The notes under the pieces: model-generated | Seen by the model: only the letters and a program-made list of their open reading frames with translations | Database searches by the model: none | Told to the model about the DNA's origin: nothing | NCBI GenBank assembly: GCA_043228905.1 | Contig: JBHGNT010000016.1 | Location: 2,294,001-2,358,000, forward strand | DNA from: Azolla caroliniana | Lineage: Eukaryota; Plantae; Polypodiophyta | Direction of reading: 5' to 3' | Length of the DNA stretch: 64,000 nt | Made by a program: the position numbers and the translations under genes | Shown here: positions 24,601-38,344 of the stretch, piece after piece | Layout: each line of letters begins with the position of its first letter | How positions within the stretch are numbered: the stretch's first letter is position 1

Positions 24601-27600
24601 AAACTTCGTTTGTGAAGGAGAGAAGAGCCATGAAAGTAATATATTTTTGTTGTTGCTTTGCTTCTATATTCTATTTTTTCTTTATGTTGTCTTTTCTATG
24701 TTGTTTGATTGATTTTGAGATAACAACTATCTCAGAGAGAGTACGAAGAGTTCAAAGTGCGGGTAAATGCTTTGGTTGCGAAAGCTCAGAAGGTACCTGA
24801 TGAAGGATGGATAATGCAAGATGGAACTCCATGGCCGGGGAACAATACAAGAGATCATCCTGGAATGATACAGGTGAATATTCTCACAAATACTTGCCAA
24901 TGATATTTAGTATTCAACATCTTATATGACATTTGAATGCATACAGGTATTCTTAGGTCATAGCGGGGGTCTTGATACAGAGGGCAATGAGCTTCCTCGT
25001 CTTGTATATGTCTCTCGAGAAAAAAGACCTGGATTTAGTCATCACAAAAAGGCTGGTGCCATGAATGCCTTGGTATGAATGTCCTTCAGTAATTAGCATG
25101 TCTTTCATTGTATAGTATAACTACCATGTGAGAAATAAACTCGATAAAGATCATTGAAGTAGATAAAATTTATATGGATTATTCAAGTATGTTAATTGAT
25201 TTTACTACAGGTAAGAGTGTCTGCAGTTCTTACCAACGCTCCATACTTCCTCAACTTGGATTGTGATCATTATATCAACAATAGTAAGGCTCTGAGGGAA
25301 GCCATGTGTTTCATGATGGATCCCACAGTTGGTCGCAAAGTCTGTTACGTTCAGTTCCCGCAGAGATTTGATGGCATTGATGCTAATGATCGATATGCGA
25401 ATCGCAACACTGTGTTTTTTGATGTGAGTCTGTTAAATGTCATTGGTTTTATGTTTCGAAATGAGTATTTGTTTTGGTTGAAGGCTATGCTGTTTGTCAA
25501 ACTTTTAATCCTTTTTCAGATCAACATGAAAGGCTTAGATGGGATCCAAGGGCCTATGTATGTCGGTACTGGTTGTGTGTTCAGAAGACAAGCTTTGTAT
25601 GGATATGAGCCCCCTGTTCAACCAAAAAAGAAGTCGACAGAATGTGATTGCTTACTTGGATGGTGTGGTGGATCTCGCCCTGATAAAGCAAAGTCCAAAA
25701 AGGCAAAACAGCTTGACAAGAAAAAGCCGCCTCCTGCAAGATCAGATTCTAGTGTACCCATGTTTAACTTGGAGGATATTGAGGAGGGATTGGAAGGTAA
25801 AAGTTTTAACGACATGGCTATGTTTTAACAATATAAGGTGTTATCAGTGATGTTAATTTTTTGTTAGCCATGTCTTTCTATATATGCCATCACCCTGTCA
25901 CACCTAAGAGGTATCTTTTGTGTTGATTCCAACATAATAGGGCGATTCTACGTCTTGTTTCTTGTACTCTCTCATTTTCTTTTCATTACATTTTCAGGCT
26001 ATGATGATGAGAAGTCACTTTCGATGTCAAAGAAGAACTTTGAGAAAAGATTTGGACAATCTCCAGTCTTTCTTGCATCTACTCTGTTGGAGGAGGGAGG
26101 GGTTCCACCTTCCTCCAGTCCCGCAGGGCTCCTCAAGGAAGCCATTCATGTTATCAGTTGTGGTTACGAAGATAAAACTGATTGGGGCCAAGAGGTAAAT
26201 AAGCAAAAAAATCTCTCTTTCTTAATTGATGCAACTGGTAAAGCTCAACTCACCATCTCACATTGTGAGAATATTAGGGTTGTAAACCTCAACATCACAC
26301 CATTTTATGTCAAGAAAATAAACAGGATTTCTTGTTTTCTTTTAAGCAATGCATGATATTGCTAGTGGAAAACCTGAAAAGCATCAAGGTGAAACTAGCC
26401 AGAAAGAATGTTTACATGTCAGAATTGGGCATAACAACCATAAAGGCGATATAGAACAAAAATAACCTGGTGGCCTGAAATTTCTTCAGATTGTTAATGT
26501 GTTTTTTAGCTCGTAATACATAGATTAGACTATAATAATTCACAAAGCCTTAATACACATGTATTGATGCTAAATTTGGCAGATTGGATGGATTTACGGT
26601 TCGGTTACAGAGGATATTCTCACTGGATTTAAGATGCATGCGCGTGGGTGGAGGTCGGTATATTGTATGCCTCGTCGACCTGCTTTTAAGGGGTCGGCAC
26701 CCATCAATCTTTCTGATCGTCTCAACCAAGTCCTTCGATGGGCTTTAGGTTCAGTAGAGATTTTTCTGAGCCGACATTGCCCTCTTTGGTATGGATTTGG
26801 TGGACGGTTGAAGTTCCTGGAGAGGTTTGCATATGTGAACAGCATTGTGTATCCTCTCACCTCCATCCCTCTCTTGGTGTATTGTACTTTGCCTGCAATC
26901 TGTCTGTTGACAGGGAAATTCATCATTCCTTCGGTAAAAATACCTTCTTATCTTAACCTTTTTCTTAAAACATTTCACTTTTGGAAATATTTTTATCTAA
27001 AAGGTACTGAATGGCAAACCATGTGAGCAATCCCTAACTTTTTGGATATTTACCAGAATAACCCCAATATTTTGAAAAGTAACTAGAATACTTTGCGGTA
27101 GTAGGTTTTTTGAATGTGGGGGGATTCTGGTAAACACCCAACAAGTTAACGGTGTCATGAAATTCTTCATTATTTTCAAACATTGTGATGAAATTATTTG
27201 TCGAAGGGAAATAATCAGCCATAAGATGTAAATATTCTTGGCCTGTAGTGTAAATTAGGTAATGCAAATTAAGAGCTTTTTTTCTTTGGAGGTTTAGTAA
27301 GGCCTTTTTGAATCAATATACATAAATTTAAGAAAGGTTTTTAAAAAAGGCAAGTGACTGTTAACAAATGTAAAAAACCTTTATGCCATTGGAAATCTTG
27401 AATGCAGATAAGCAACTTTGCCAGTCTTTTCTTCATTGGGCTTTTCATGTCTATCATTGCAACTGGTATACTTGAGATGAGGTGGAGCGGGGTAGGAATA
27501 GAGGAATGGTGGAGAAATGAACAGTTTTGGGTGATTGGTGGTGTTTCAGCCCATCTTTTTGCTGTAATCCAAGGTTTCTTGAAGGTCTTAGCTGGTATTG

Positions 27601-27992
27601 ACACCAACTTTACCGTCACGGCAAAAGGATCAGATGAACAAGATCAATTTGCTGAGCTCTATATGTTCAAATGGACATCTTTGCTCATTCCTCCAACCAC
27701 GTTATTAGTTATAAATATCGTGGGTGTTGTTGCCGGGATATCTGATGCAATCACTAATGGTTACTCTTCATGGGGCCCTTTGTTCGGGAAGCTTTTCTTT
27801 GCGTTTTGGGTGATTGTGCATTTATATCCTTTCCTCAAAGGTCTCATGGGGAGGCAGAACAGGACACCCACCATTGTTATTGTGTGGTCAGTTCTATTGG
27901 CTTCCATTTTCTCCTTGTTATGGGTCAAGATTGATCCTTTCTTGATCAGAGTAACCGGTCCAAACCTGAAGCAATGTGGCATAAATTGCTAG
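21608..27992 (+). CDS. CESA: Cellulose synthase catalytic subunit, 13 exons, ~1070 aa. Exons 21608-21809, 23113-23324, 23410-23518, 23609-23798, 23930-24196, 24290-24635, 24736-24873, 24947-25072, 25211-25423, 25520-25796, 25998-26194, 26583-26933, 27408-27992
   Basis: N-terminal zinc finger [18 protein letters not shown]; DDG, DCD, TED and QVLRW motifs; C-terminal TM region ending CGINC; all introns GT-AG; exon lengths sum to 3213 nt in frame, including the CesA-typical 267/346/138/126/213-nt exons. Confidence 0.97.
21900..23040 (+). repeat. Degenerate minisatellite filling CesA intron 1
   Basis: Recurrent GATCAAGATTCAATGGATTCTGATGTATA-like units, e.g. ~21925, 22040, 22120, 22625, 22850, 23025. 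Confidence 0.7.
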
Positions 27993-29009
27993 CTCAGAAG
28001 TTTTTCTTATTAATCTCTATCAAAATCTTCATCCTCCAAATGTGGCGGCAACCCGCGTCTTGTTGTATGTATGTTTGCACAATCTGGCAATATTCTTTTA
28101 TTTTTGGCTAGTATCTCAACAGTGGCTTATTATATATACATATATATATATGCCCGTAACTAAAAAGCCTCCCAGCTAGAAATAGCTAGCTGACTACTAG
28201 TCATCTTTACTACATTCAGCTTTGTTGAGTACCACATTCCTTCTATTTGAATGGTTTGTATAAAAGGAAGGGGATTTGAGTGTTTTATCTTATAGTTTAT
28301 GGTTGTAATTTCCATTTGATAAAATAAACTCAAAACTTTTAAAAAAGTGGAGGTTTAGATCATTTTTTATTTATTTCCATCCATCAGAACTGTGTACTCC
28401 AATACACAATGGTTCTTCAAAAGTAAAATCTCCTAGTTGTAAAAGTTTTGTTAACAACTCTTCTCAAACGCAATGTCAAAAGAATTTTACTATTCTTAAA
28501 TAGAGTGGAATGGATGTAGGTTAGCATAATGAACAGATCAATGTAATCATCATAATAATACGATGGCACTAGTGCTGAAATAATTTAATAATGAAAAGTG
28601 GGCAAGTGCTTTTGATTAATGCAAAAAGGAATTGATTGACTACTGAAAAGAGAAGTGGATAGGTCTTTTAGCCTTTACATGTCTAGTATATTATCATATG
28701 CATTAATATATGAAGTAGATGTTGATTTCTCAACAAAAAGGTGGAAAAGTGTTGAGATTGGGTGGGACACAAGGGGGGTTTGGCTTGTGCATGGTTGTCC
28801 CTAGTGCTAAAAGTTAATTGATGACAAAGCAAGTGGGTATAAAGATGTTGAATGGAGAGCAACCAAATCGTGAAGGATTCAGTTACTTTATTTATAAATT
28901 GGACCATTGGATTGTGGGGAACGCTGAGAAAGGTACGTATATTAGAATTCATTGTTTATTAGATGGGGGTAACAAAGTCCCCAAAAATAATCCATGTTTT
29001 GACGCCCAA

Positions 29010-29335
29010 AACCCTAATTCCAATCTTCTTTCCTTTATTAATATTACTTCATTCACCTTGCAGCCTAGTTGTGGCAATTGAATAATCGACAATAATCCAA
29101 CAATTATAGGAAACTGGGCAAAGATTCTTCAACCAGATGACCTCAATGAACAACATGGATGAAGATGGAGATGGAAGAGGCCAAAAGCTCCTAAGCATGG
29201 ATTCATCTGTGGCTGATAGTGTTAGCAGGTTATTTTGATTTGGTGGATGGAGACGGGCAATGACGTTTATGACTACAATGAATAGTGCAAAGGCACTCTT
29301 CTTTCTTGTGGAACAGAGCACATTTTTGCGATTAA
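29010..29335 (+). pseudogene. Decayed paralog of the EF-hand/ZZ gene
   Basis: ATGGATTCATCTGTGGCTG..GCAGGT..GTGGATGG..GTGCAAAGGCACTCTTCTTTCT matches 35547-35675; also shares the upstream AACCCTAATTC; multiple indels and stops. Confidence 0.8.
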
Positions 29336-29744
29336 ACTTTGAATTGAAGTATAAAAGTGCAACATAATTAGAATACCTTCCAAAAGTACCTAATATTTAT
29401 GGTTTAACTCCATGCCTACAATTATACATGAAAGCATTACGCATATCCCAAATTAGGTTGTAACTTCCAATAATAACATAAGAAACTGGAAATATAATCT
29501 CCAACTCTGTCATTTGGACCATAACTGAATGAATAACAAGACCCACTATAGTGTCACCCCAAACTTGTTCCACTCGGATATAAGCAAATTTGGACCACCA
29601 TAACATTAAATAACATTAGCCTCACCTCCCATCACCATTGACAACATTGATTCCATAGTTTCATGTCCATGCCCACCTATTTTCTCAACGCATGGACATG
29701 AACTATGACATTTGAAGGTATGGAGGAAGATAGATAAAGAGAGA

Positions 29745-30266
29745 GAGCTCATTTGGTAAGGTTGCCCAATGGGGACTAGGTGATCATCGGTTCAACCCCT
29801 ACATTCCGTACTGGCATCATATTTTTTATTTATCGTGCGTCATTAGTCTAGTTCAACAATAGAAAGGCTTTGTTTTCTACTTTACGTTTACACTTTATTG
29901 ATCCACATCTCTATACATACGTACATATAGCAATTTGGGGATAAGATTTGAGTTCTAATTAACCAACCTTTTTATCTTCCTCATGCATTATTATTACATT
30001 CCTATAGCAATTGGGGATAAAGATTTCAATGAGGTTAACCAACCTAGTGATGATCTTCATCACGCACTCTCTCTAGAGCTTTAGAATGAATATGAAGGTA
30101 AGAAAGTGGGCACTAAATCTGGTGGGGCCATGGAGCGAGAGAGAGATGCCCAGATGGATGTAGCTCTAGCTCAGTTGGTAAGGTTGCCCAATGGAGACCA
30201 AGAGGTGAGAAATTGGGTTTCCAACGGTAGTATAACAAGTTACCATTAGGGTAAGCTAATTATGAT

Positions 30267-30320
<54 letters not shown>

Positions 30321-30436
30321 GGCCATGGGTTCAACCCCTACATTCCATAGTAGTGGCATCTTGTAAATTTTGAACCCCTATATTCCATAGTGGCAAAGAT
30401 ATATTAAGAGATATGTATGGAGTAATAGAGAGGTAA
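29745..30436 (+). mobile_element. tRNA-derived SINE-like repeat cluster (related copy at ~19975-20135; continues at 31901-31990)
   Basis: A box AGCTCA(T/G)TTGGTAAG (29746, 30168) and B box GGTTCAACCC (29789, 30328) followed by a shared CTACATTCC..GTGGCATC body. Confidence 0.6.
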
Positions 30437-31900
30437 CAGGGCCAGAATTTGACAGGTTAGTATAAAAGTTTTTTGACGGGCATGTTTTTAAGATGTATGT
30501 CATATGACACAAGAGTGCAAAAACTAACATGTCATTTGACATACAAATTTCAATAATGAATGTTTTATATTATGCTTTACCAATTTTAATAATGAATTAT
30601 GAAAGTTCTATATGATGCTTCATTGTTATACATTTCATTACTATAGAAAGTGCACAAATAAACATAACTACCTCACGAAGATAATGAAATACATAAGACT
30701 AATATTATGTTAATGTTTTTACTAATAAGTATGAAAAAAAGGTTAGTAAAAATTTAGTTTTAACTCAAAATTTTATGTAAGTAAAATTTTTTAGTTTTAA
30801 CTTAAAACTTAAAACATTAAAATCAAACCTAGAATTATACACTCTTAAAGTATGTATTTAAGAAAGGTTTTTGTTTAAAATTTCAACTAATATTACTAGT
30901 AAAGAAATTAAGAATAAATATTTGAGAATATATACCATTATTACATGATAATGATATTATTTTAAGCGTGTTATAAAAAACATATAATTATTTGGAATTT
31001 TTATTATATAGTATTAATATATTATAAATTATAATACACACTTCATATCTATAATAAGTGACATATGTATATGCATAGATTGACACATGCGTGATATTCG
31101 TGATATTCTCCATGCGCAATATTCTCTATATTCGAGAATATGAAATGGCCCTACGAATATTAAAAACCCATTCGTTTTGCAAAATAGATATAAAATATTT
31201 ATTTATTTATTTAAATAAATTTATTTTACCAAAAAAAGAACAATTATTCATTAATAAATTATAGTGTCAAGAGAGTTTATGAAACTTATTTTAATTAATC
31301 AATTTTTAAAAAACGAATATTTTTATATTTACTATACAAATATGATTAGTATAAACTTTGAATATATGATTAGTTTGAAGTACTATTTTTAATGTCAAAA
31401 TAAAAATATCCATAAATTTTGAGGGAATAAAAAGTAAGAAATTAATGAGCTTTTATTTTATTTATTAAAAATAAAATAAATACTTATAATTTATAAGTTA
31501 TACATTTATTATAAAAATTTAGTAATGACAAATCCCCAAGTCCCTCTTTTATTATCCCTATTTATTGTCTAAGTTCCTTTTTTTTATCCTAGAAAATTAA
31601 AAAAGACAAAGTTTTTTTGTTTTTTGTTTTAGTTAAACGAATACTTGACCACATATTCGTATTCGTATTCGTTTGCATCCGAATGGGAAACCCGACGAAT
31701 GTGAATATGTCAATCTATGTGTATATGTATATAATATATATGACATTTAAAATAGAATTTTAACATGTCATTTCACATGCATAATTTGTAAGGGCGTTTC
31801 GCATGAAAAATGGATATTTAAACTTTATATGTCACTTGACGGACATTTTTATTATGTGTATGTTTTTGACGGGCATGACTCCCGTCAAATTCCTGCCCTG
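30437..31900. mobile_element. Non-autonomous hAT-like DNA transposon
   Basis: TIR CAGGGCCAGAATTTGAC / GTCAAATTCCTGCCCTG; flanking duplication GAGAGGTAA (30428-30436, 31901-31909). Confidence 0.85.
31074..31719. mobile_element. hAT-like MITE nested in the element above
   Basis: TIR CATAGATTGACA / TGTCAATCTATG; 8-bp TSD TGTATATG (31066-31073, 31720-31727). Confidence 0.9.
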
Positions 31901-32009
31901 GAGAGGTAAGACAATTGGGTTTAAAGTCAAACCCAAGACTTAGTGCTAATAGTGTACCAACTTTACTAGACTTTGTGCTAATAACATAACTTCCTACTAC
32001 GGTAATGGC

Positions 32010-32175
32010 CACCTAGAATGTCCAAGAGTAGGAAGCTATTTGATCAAAGATACCTAGAATGTCCAAGAGTAGGAAGCTATTTGATCAAAGAGACCTAGAA
32101 TGTCCAAGAGCAGGAAGCTATATGATCAAAGTTATTTAAGTGGGGTAACGGCCACCTAGAATGAATGTCCGAGAG
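32010..32175 (+). repeat. ~41-bp tandem repeat; fourth unit split by the hAT insertion and resuming at ~34900
   Basis: ACCTAGAATGTCCAAGAGTAGGAAGCTATTTGATCAAAG x3 plus a partial unit. Confidence 0.9.
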
Positions 32176-33107
32176 CAGTGTTGGGCAAAGTCCTAGGAAC
32201 AGTGTCAACGTTCCGGTTGGGTTGGGACATTTGCCGGCCAAGGTGGGGGGGAGCCGGAATTGATTCCGGCTAGAATTTCCTCAAAACCGGAATCTAGCCG
32301 GTTCATATTTTTGTAACCGGCTATTTATACATTTTTTTTAAAGAATAATGTTAAAAAAATGATTTTCCCTCCTTCACTGTGTTTTTCCATGTTTTGCCCC
32401 TCTGCCCCCACCCTCGAATCCCTCTTTTCCCCCTCTTTCTCCTCTTTTCTTTTTAGTGTGTTTTTCCCATGTTTCCCCCCTCTGCCCCACTCTCAAATCC
32501 CTCTTTTCCCCCTTTTTCTCCTCTTTTCCCTCTCTTTTCTTGCGCCTTCGATTGCTTGCACCTTCGACTTGAAATGGAGCACACTGACACCACATGCACT
32601 TTTCCTGTAAGTTTCAAATGGATGTAACTTTTGGTATGAAGCCCTTTGATGACATTAATATTACGTTTACTTTTATATCTATCTCTGTCTCACACAATAT
32701 CGATAACCTGAAACCACCCATCATCGTGAGCATTATATATATGCACATATTTGGTATGATGTGGAAGGTATAACAACGTTGGGAGGTGGCAATAATGCTT
32801 ATGTATCTGTAAAATAAAAATTTGAGGATAAAATTGATGTAATAATATAGATGTTGAAATGCTTTCTTATTATCCTGGAATTTCTGAACAATCTCACTGC
32901 CATGTTTTTTAGAACTTTCCTTGAACTGACTGAAATTTGGTTTAAAAACATGTTTTCAATCTGTGTTATTTTAGCTTATGTATTCACATTTAGGTTATAT
33001 ATTCAACTTATAATCCACACAAGATAAGAAAAAGATACCGAACACAACTTTGTACTCCAAAACTATTTGCTACATATCACCCAACATAGTCTGGAACCCA
33101 CTCCATC

Positions 33108-33156
<49 letters not shown>

Positions 33157-34891
33157 TGCATGCATGATCAGCAATATGTGGAGCCAAGAATCATGCCATT
33201 TCCCATAGGAAGCAATTCGATTCTAATTAATCGACTCTTGTATGTTTCTTGATTTTTAGTGGACCCAAGTTATTATTGTGTCCCTTTCTGTGGACCGATC
33301 AATGACTGATCACAATACCGATTACGGTTATGTGATTGGTTTTACAAAATACATAACTATGATCACAATTATGCCCAACATAGACCTGGAGATATGATCA
33401 GAACTAGGTCTCAAACCAACATTAATAATTTGAGAAGAAAAGAGCATGAATTGACTCACAACTCTTTGATTCATATTCCATCTTCCCAGATTATGGTTAT
33501 GTGGCATATAGATTTTATGTTTTAACAACGACTAATAATGTAATCTCAAATCATGATTATGTGCCATTTTATAGGTTTTTCTACTACTAATCATTTATAG
33601 GTTAGTGATATAGATTCCTTGTAAGGAAATGTTAATTCTTGAGCTACTTTCAATTTTCTATAATTTTCATATAGGGTGAGGTCACTTATTTTTAATGTTC
33701 AATATTTTTTTTGTTCATTAGTTAATCCATGAGCCAAATCTCAAATGCCATTTCTAGAGAGCTGGCTCCACAAACTCCAAGCCAATTACTAGAAATAAAT
33801 ATTGTGTTATTATGTCTTGTAAAAGTATAAGAATGATTCATTATAATACTAAGGTTCATTATTTGATGTTCATATATGCAAAGTCTACATGACCCTTGTT
33901 TGTGGAGTTGTGATAGTAACATGCTAATATGGAGATAAGGCCAAGTTTGGATGCTTGGAGCTGTATGTCATGACTGATATCTTAGAGATTATCCTTTTTG
34001 CTTAAAGGTATAATCAACAAAGTAGGATCTTTTTGGCAAAGAGAAGTATTTTCAGGTAAAATCTCAATACTCACTAAGTCATAACTAGTATGTATGGGTT
34101 TAGTGATGCTAATGACTGTTTTGGACTGATGGAACAATGCTTCTATCATCAAGGGGGAAGAGTTTTGTCATTTGAACTCAAATGATCTCATGTGGGGTGG
34201 ATACTTTGCTATATGTTATCTAGGACAACATAATGATTAGTGGACTCTCTATGTCCATATGTACATGGGGCGTCTTAAAGCCCATGTGGTTGCATCATAC
34301 GTAAGGGTAGGGGAGGAAGTCTGTTGAAGCTCAAGGATAACCAAAGTTAGTCGATCCATGGTGGCATGGTCATAGAGAAATGCCCATTTATGCTTGTAAA
34401 TTTCTCCCCTAGATATAGACAAGAACTCATCACTTCAACATGCCCTCTTGATAGGTTGAAGACAACTTATTAAAACATCAAAGTGGATGCATTGAAGTTC
34501 ACGGTCTTAGTATTTACCGTGAACCCCTTTTCACAAGGAATACCATATAGGTTATTGAGATGATATTGTGTACTTGCACGAGATTTAGACACCAAGATTA
34601 TGATGTCAACAAAAAATCTCGCCATCTCAATGTTGCTACCTCATCTATGTAGAGGCCAAACCAAGTAAGGGAGGGATAACATATTTGCTTCATAGAACGT
34701 ATGTACTCTATTTATGTTGCTACCTCATCTTGTGCTATTTCTTTTTGGTATGTGGTAATTTATTTTTTTAACATGTGCCGGTTGACATTATCACTCGTAG
34801 GAAAGTGGCTGGTTAAAAATTTTAATTTCTGGTTAGGATCATAAGCAGCAGGAAAATTTCCGGTAGGGGTTAAAAACTTTGCCCAACACTG
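32176..34891. mobile_element. Non-autonomous hAT element (2.7 kb), possibly with decayed transposase remnants
   Basis: 16-bp TIR CAGTGTTGGGCAAAGT / ACTTTGCCCAACACTG; 8-bp TSD TCCGAGAG; subterminal CCGG motifs; no long ORF. Confidence 0.92.
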
Positions 34892-35369
34892 TCCGAGAGT
34901 AGGAAGCTATTTGATCAAAGATATTTTAAGTGGGAGGGAGGGGCATTTTAATGCTTTGATTGCTCTTTGACTATTATTATTATTATTATTATTTAGACTA
35001 TAGAGTGAGCTGGCATATTGACCTAGTCTACCAAAAGACAGTTTGACCATTATTATTATTTCCAAAAACCAAACCTTATCCACTTGACCCACCAAAAAAC
35101 AAAAAAAGCACAAGACTGTCTTGCAACCTTATAAAAAAGAAAACATTCAGTCCATAATAAACTCAAACAAAATTGGAGCAATATATATATATATATACAT
35201 ATGTATAGAGTCTTACTCACATCACAAAAAGAAAAAGGAAATTTCCAAAGCTCCTAATCCATTTTCTTCTTGACTTCCAGTTTCAACCCTACATTCAAAA
35301 TTCCCTGCAAAACCCTAATTCCTTCATTTCACCATCACCATCACCATTCGGGCGTCCTAAGTAGATTTC

Positions 35370-36392
35370 ATGGCATTTGACAGCTTGCCGATCTTACGCC
35401 GTGAGATCTACAGGGCTGGGCAGAGTTATTTCCAGTACGAATTGAACAAAGAACAGCAAGATGCATGCTTGTCTAAATTCCAGGCTCTGGATGGAAATGG
35501 GGACCAAAAAGTGTCACAGCAGGAGCTTCGAGACAACTGTGGAATCATGGATTCATCCGTGGCTGCTAGGGTTTGCAGGTTTTTCGAGTTAGTGGACGGC
35601 AACGGCAACGGCTTCCTTGACTTCGATGAGTGCAAGGCGCTCTTCTTCCTGTTCAACAAAGCACGTGTCTGCGATGGATGCGAGGGTCTCATCATCCATG
35701 GTGGCCTCTCTTGCCTCCACTGCTTGCCCTACCACTATTTCGACTTCTGCTGTTACTGTGTTCATCATCAGCAGCGCCATCAGCACTACCAGCACCGCTT
35801 TGAAGCCCTTCCAGCATTGATTAATGGCAGCAGCCTTCAGGAGAAGCTTCCACCCGTCATGCCTCCGCCGGCTTTCCTGCAGGTGAGAAAACAAAGTTCA
35901 CTACATACCAACAGTCTCGTTCTTATATATCTTCTCATGATTATCGAGCGTTATGATTTGTATGTAAATCTCATGTATATACACTTAACGATCTTCAGCA
36001 GCAGCAGCACTACCACCATAGCCATGGCTTTCAATCCTTTCCACCTTTGGTTAGTAGCAATCCTCAAGTCGAGCTTCCATCCGACCATCAAGCCATAGCA
36101 CCATCGCACCAGGTGAGAAAACAGCACCTCTTACTCATCATTATCTTGTCATGATGATGATGATGATGATGATGATAATCCAACATTATAATTTGTATGT
36201 AATCTTCATGACATATATACATTTAACATTGTTGGCCCTGATCCCCCTCTTTATTCTCGGGTTCCCGATTGATCGTAGGATAATGCTCGAAGTGGTACTC
36301 GCGGCTTAATGCAGACTGCAGGAAATGCGGCGGCTGTTCTAGGACATGTGGCTACTATCGCAGTCGTCATTAATTCATGCTCCATTATGTGA
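35370..36392 (+). CDS. EF-hand calcium-binding protein with ZZ-type zinc finger and C-terminal CaaX box, ~246 aa. Exons 35370-35882, 35999-36112, 36279-36392
   Basis: EF loops DGNGDQKVSQQE and DGNGNGFLDFDE; CDGC..CLHC..FDFCCYC..H.H; GT-AG phase-0 introns; the last exon reads DNARSG...VVINSCSIM*. Confidence 0.85.
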
Positions 36393-37177
36393 GCCCAGAG
36401 ATCCGGTTTGTATAATTGTTGACATGCTTGTCATCAACACCACCATGACACTCACAATATGTTTGATTTTGACCAGGCATCTTAACACATCTGTAGTTAT
36501 TTGTTATTTCTATCATCTAGTTGTTGAAACCAACTCTAATGTTAATAAAACCTAACACTTTCACTTAATAACTGAAAGGTATAATTATTAATATCTGAAA
36601 AAAAACCCCACAGATGTGGCTAATTACAATCGTAACAATTCACATTTCAAGATGTATTTTAAAGGCTAGAGCACCACACAGCTCCCTCTGTGTGTGACTA
36701 CATCTAAGCACATATGTACAAGTTCATGTTTTAGTTCTGATATCCATTTAAGTACCTTCTTACCTTTGCCTTCATCTCCTTCCAAAGTTATAAATGCTAC
36801 ACTTCCCGGATGATAAATTGTTGAAATATCTATAAATTTGGGTAGTTGTGTATTCAACATTGGATTCACTCTGTTAAACCAGGAACATCCAGGGACAATA
36901 ATAAAATCTACCCATAAATCTTTCCGTCAGTGGCATCGCCTTTAATTAGGGGAAAGAAAGCATTCACGTCCTTTAATCTGTAGTCTATATTCCTTGTGTA
37001 AGGTAATTATGATCCTTGTGTGGCCATTTAATATTTAATCTTTAATCTTCAGCATTAGAGCAAGTTTGTGTAACTCACTTTGTGCATGATAAGAGGAGCA
37101 CATAAATTATCCAAATGGTGATAAAAAATAAATAAAATTAGAACGCTATATCTAGATTGTTAACCCACTCTTACTAA

Positions 37178-37652
37178 TAACAATCGGCAACGGTTCGGTT
37201 CGGTTTGAGAGGGTCCAAACCGAACCAAACCGTGAAACCGAACCATTAAACATTTTTCAAACCGTAAAACTGTAAAAACCACGGTTTCATGGTTCGGTTT
37301 CGGTTTTCAACATAGATCTAATCTTTAATTTTTTAAAATTTATAATATTTCATTATTTAAAATTTTTAGAATTTTTAAGATGTTCCTAAAATGTGAGAAT
37401 AAGGTGTAAAAATGAAAAGATTGTTTAAAAACAATTGTTAAAAAATTTTAGATTTTAGATTTATTTTTTTTACTTTTTTGAAAAAAAATTATAAAAATTA
37501 AAAATTAAAAACCGTTAAACCGCGGTTTTTGACTGTTGAAACCAAACCGTTTAAAAAAACCTAAACCTGAACCGAACTGTTGAAACCGTTAAGATGTTAA
37601 ACCGCGGTTTCATGGTTCAGTTCGGTTCAAACCGAACTGTTGCCGATTGTTA
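37178..37652. mobile_element. hAT-like MITE with AACCG/CGGTT subterminal repeats
   Basis: TIR TAACAATCGGCAAC / GTTGCCGATTGTTA; 8-bp TSD CTTACTAA. Confidence 0.93.
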
Positions 37653-38344
37653 CTTACTAATGCAAGTGGTGAGCAACCATTAGCATTGTCTCTTTCTCAT
37701 AGCCCTCCAGTGTATATGGATGGTTTCTAACTAAGCTCTTGGATCTCCAAGTTCTCCAATGAATACCTCGACATTAGCTTACATTTTGTTCTTGCAAATA
37801 CAAGAGGAGATCGGATCGGTAACAAGACACACTAGAATTCAAACCTAGATTCAAACCTCATTATATGAATCCTTTTTCATTGTCCTTATTAGAATTAAAC
37901 GACATAGTGCCAACACGACTTGAGGTAGTAGATCAAAAGGGCCACTTACATTTCCTAGTCTCTTTACTTAGCAATACAAAGAGACAATTTATTTGAGAAT
38001 CACGTGGGAATATGATGGCCTTTCGGATAGTCTGAAATAAGTACTTTGGTGACAACCATCATGAATCAAAATCTCTTTTTAAAATCACAAATTCCTTGCT
38101 ACCTCACTAGGATCACAATTCCTTTCTTTCTGTTTCTTTCTCAATCCATTGCTTGAGATTTATACTCATGTGTTACAATCTTTAGGTTACCAAGCACTCC
38201 CACATTGTAACTATGCACTCGTACATATGGTATCTAGTAACAATGTAGTTTGTTGACAACCATCGTGAATCAAAATCTCTTTTTAAAATTACAATTCCCA
38301 CACTACCTCACTAAAATCACTTTCCGTTCGGTTAAAATCTGATG

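Noticed and set aside
30160-30230. Functional tRNA gene
   Set aside because: A box present but no complete cloverleaf; part of a SINE-like repeat.
38047-38315. ~65-bp direct repeat pair
   Set aside because: Small local duplication without termini, TSD or coding signal.
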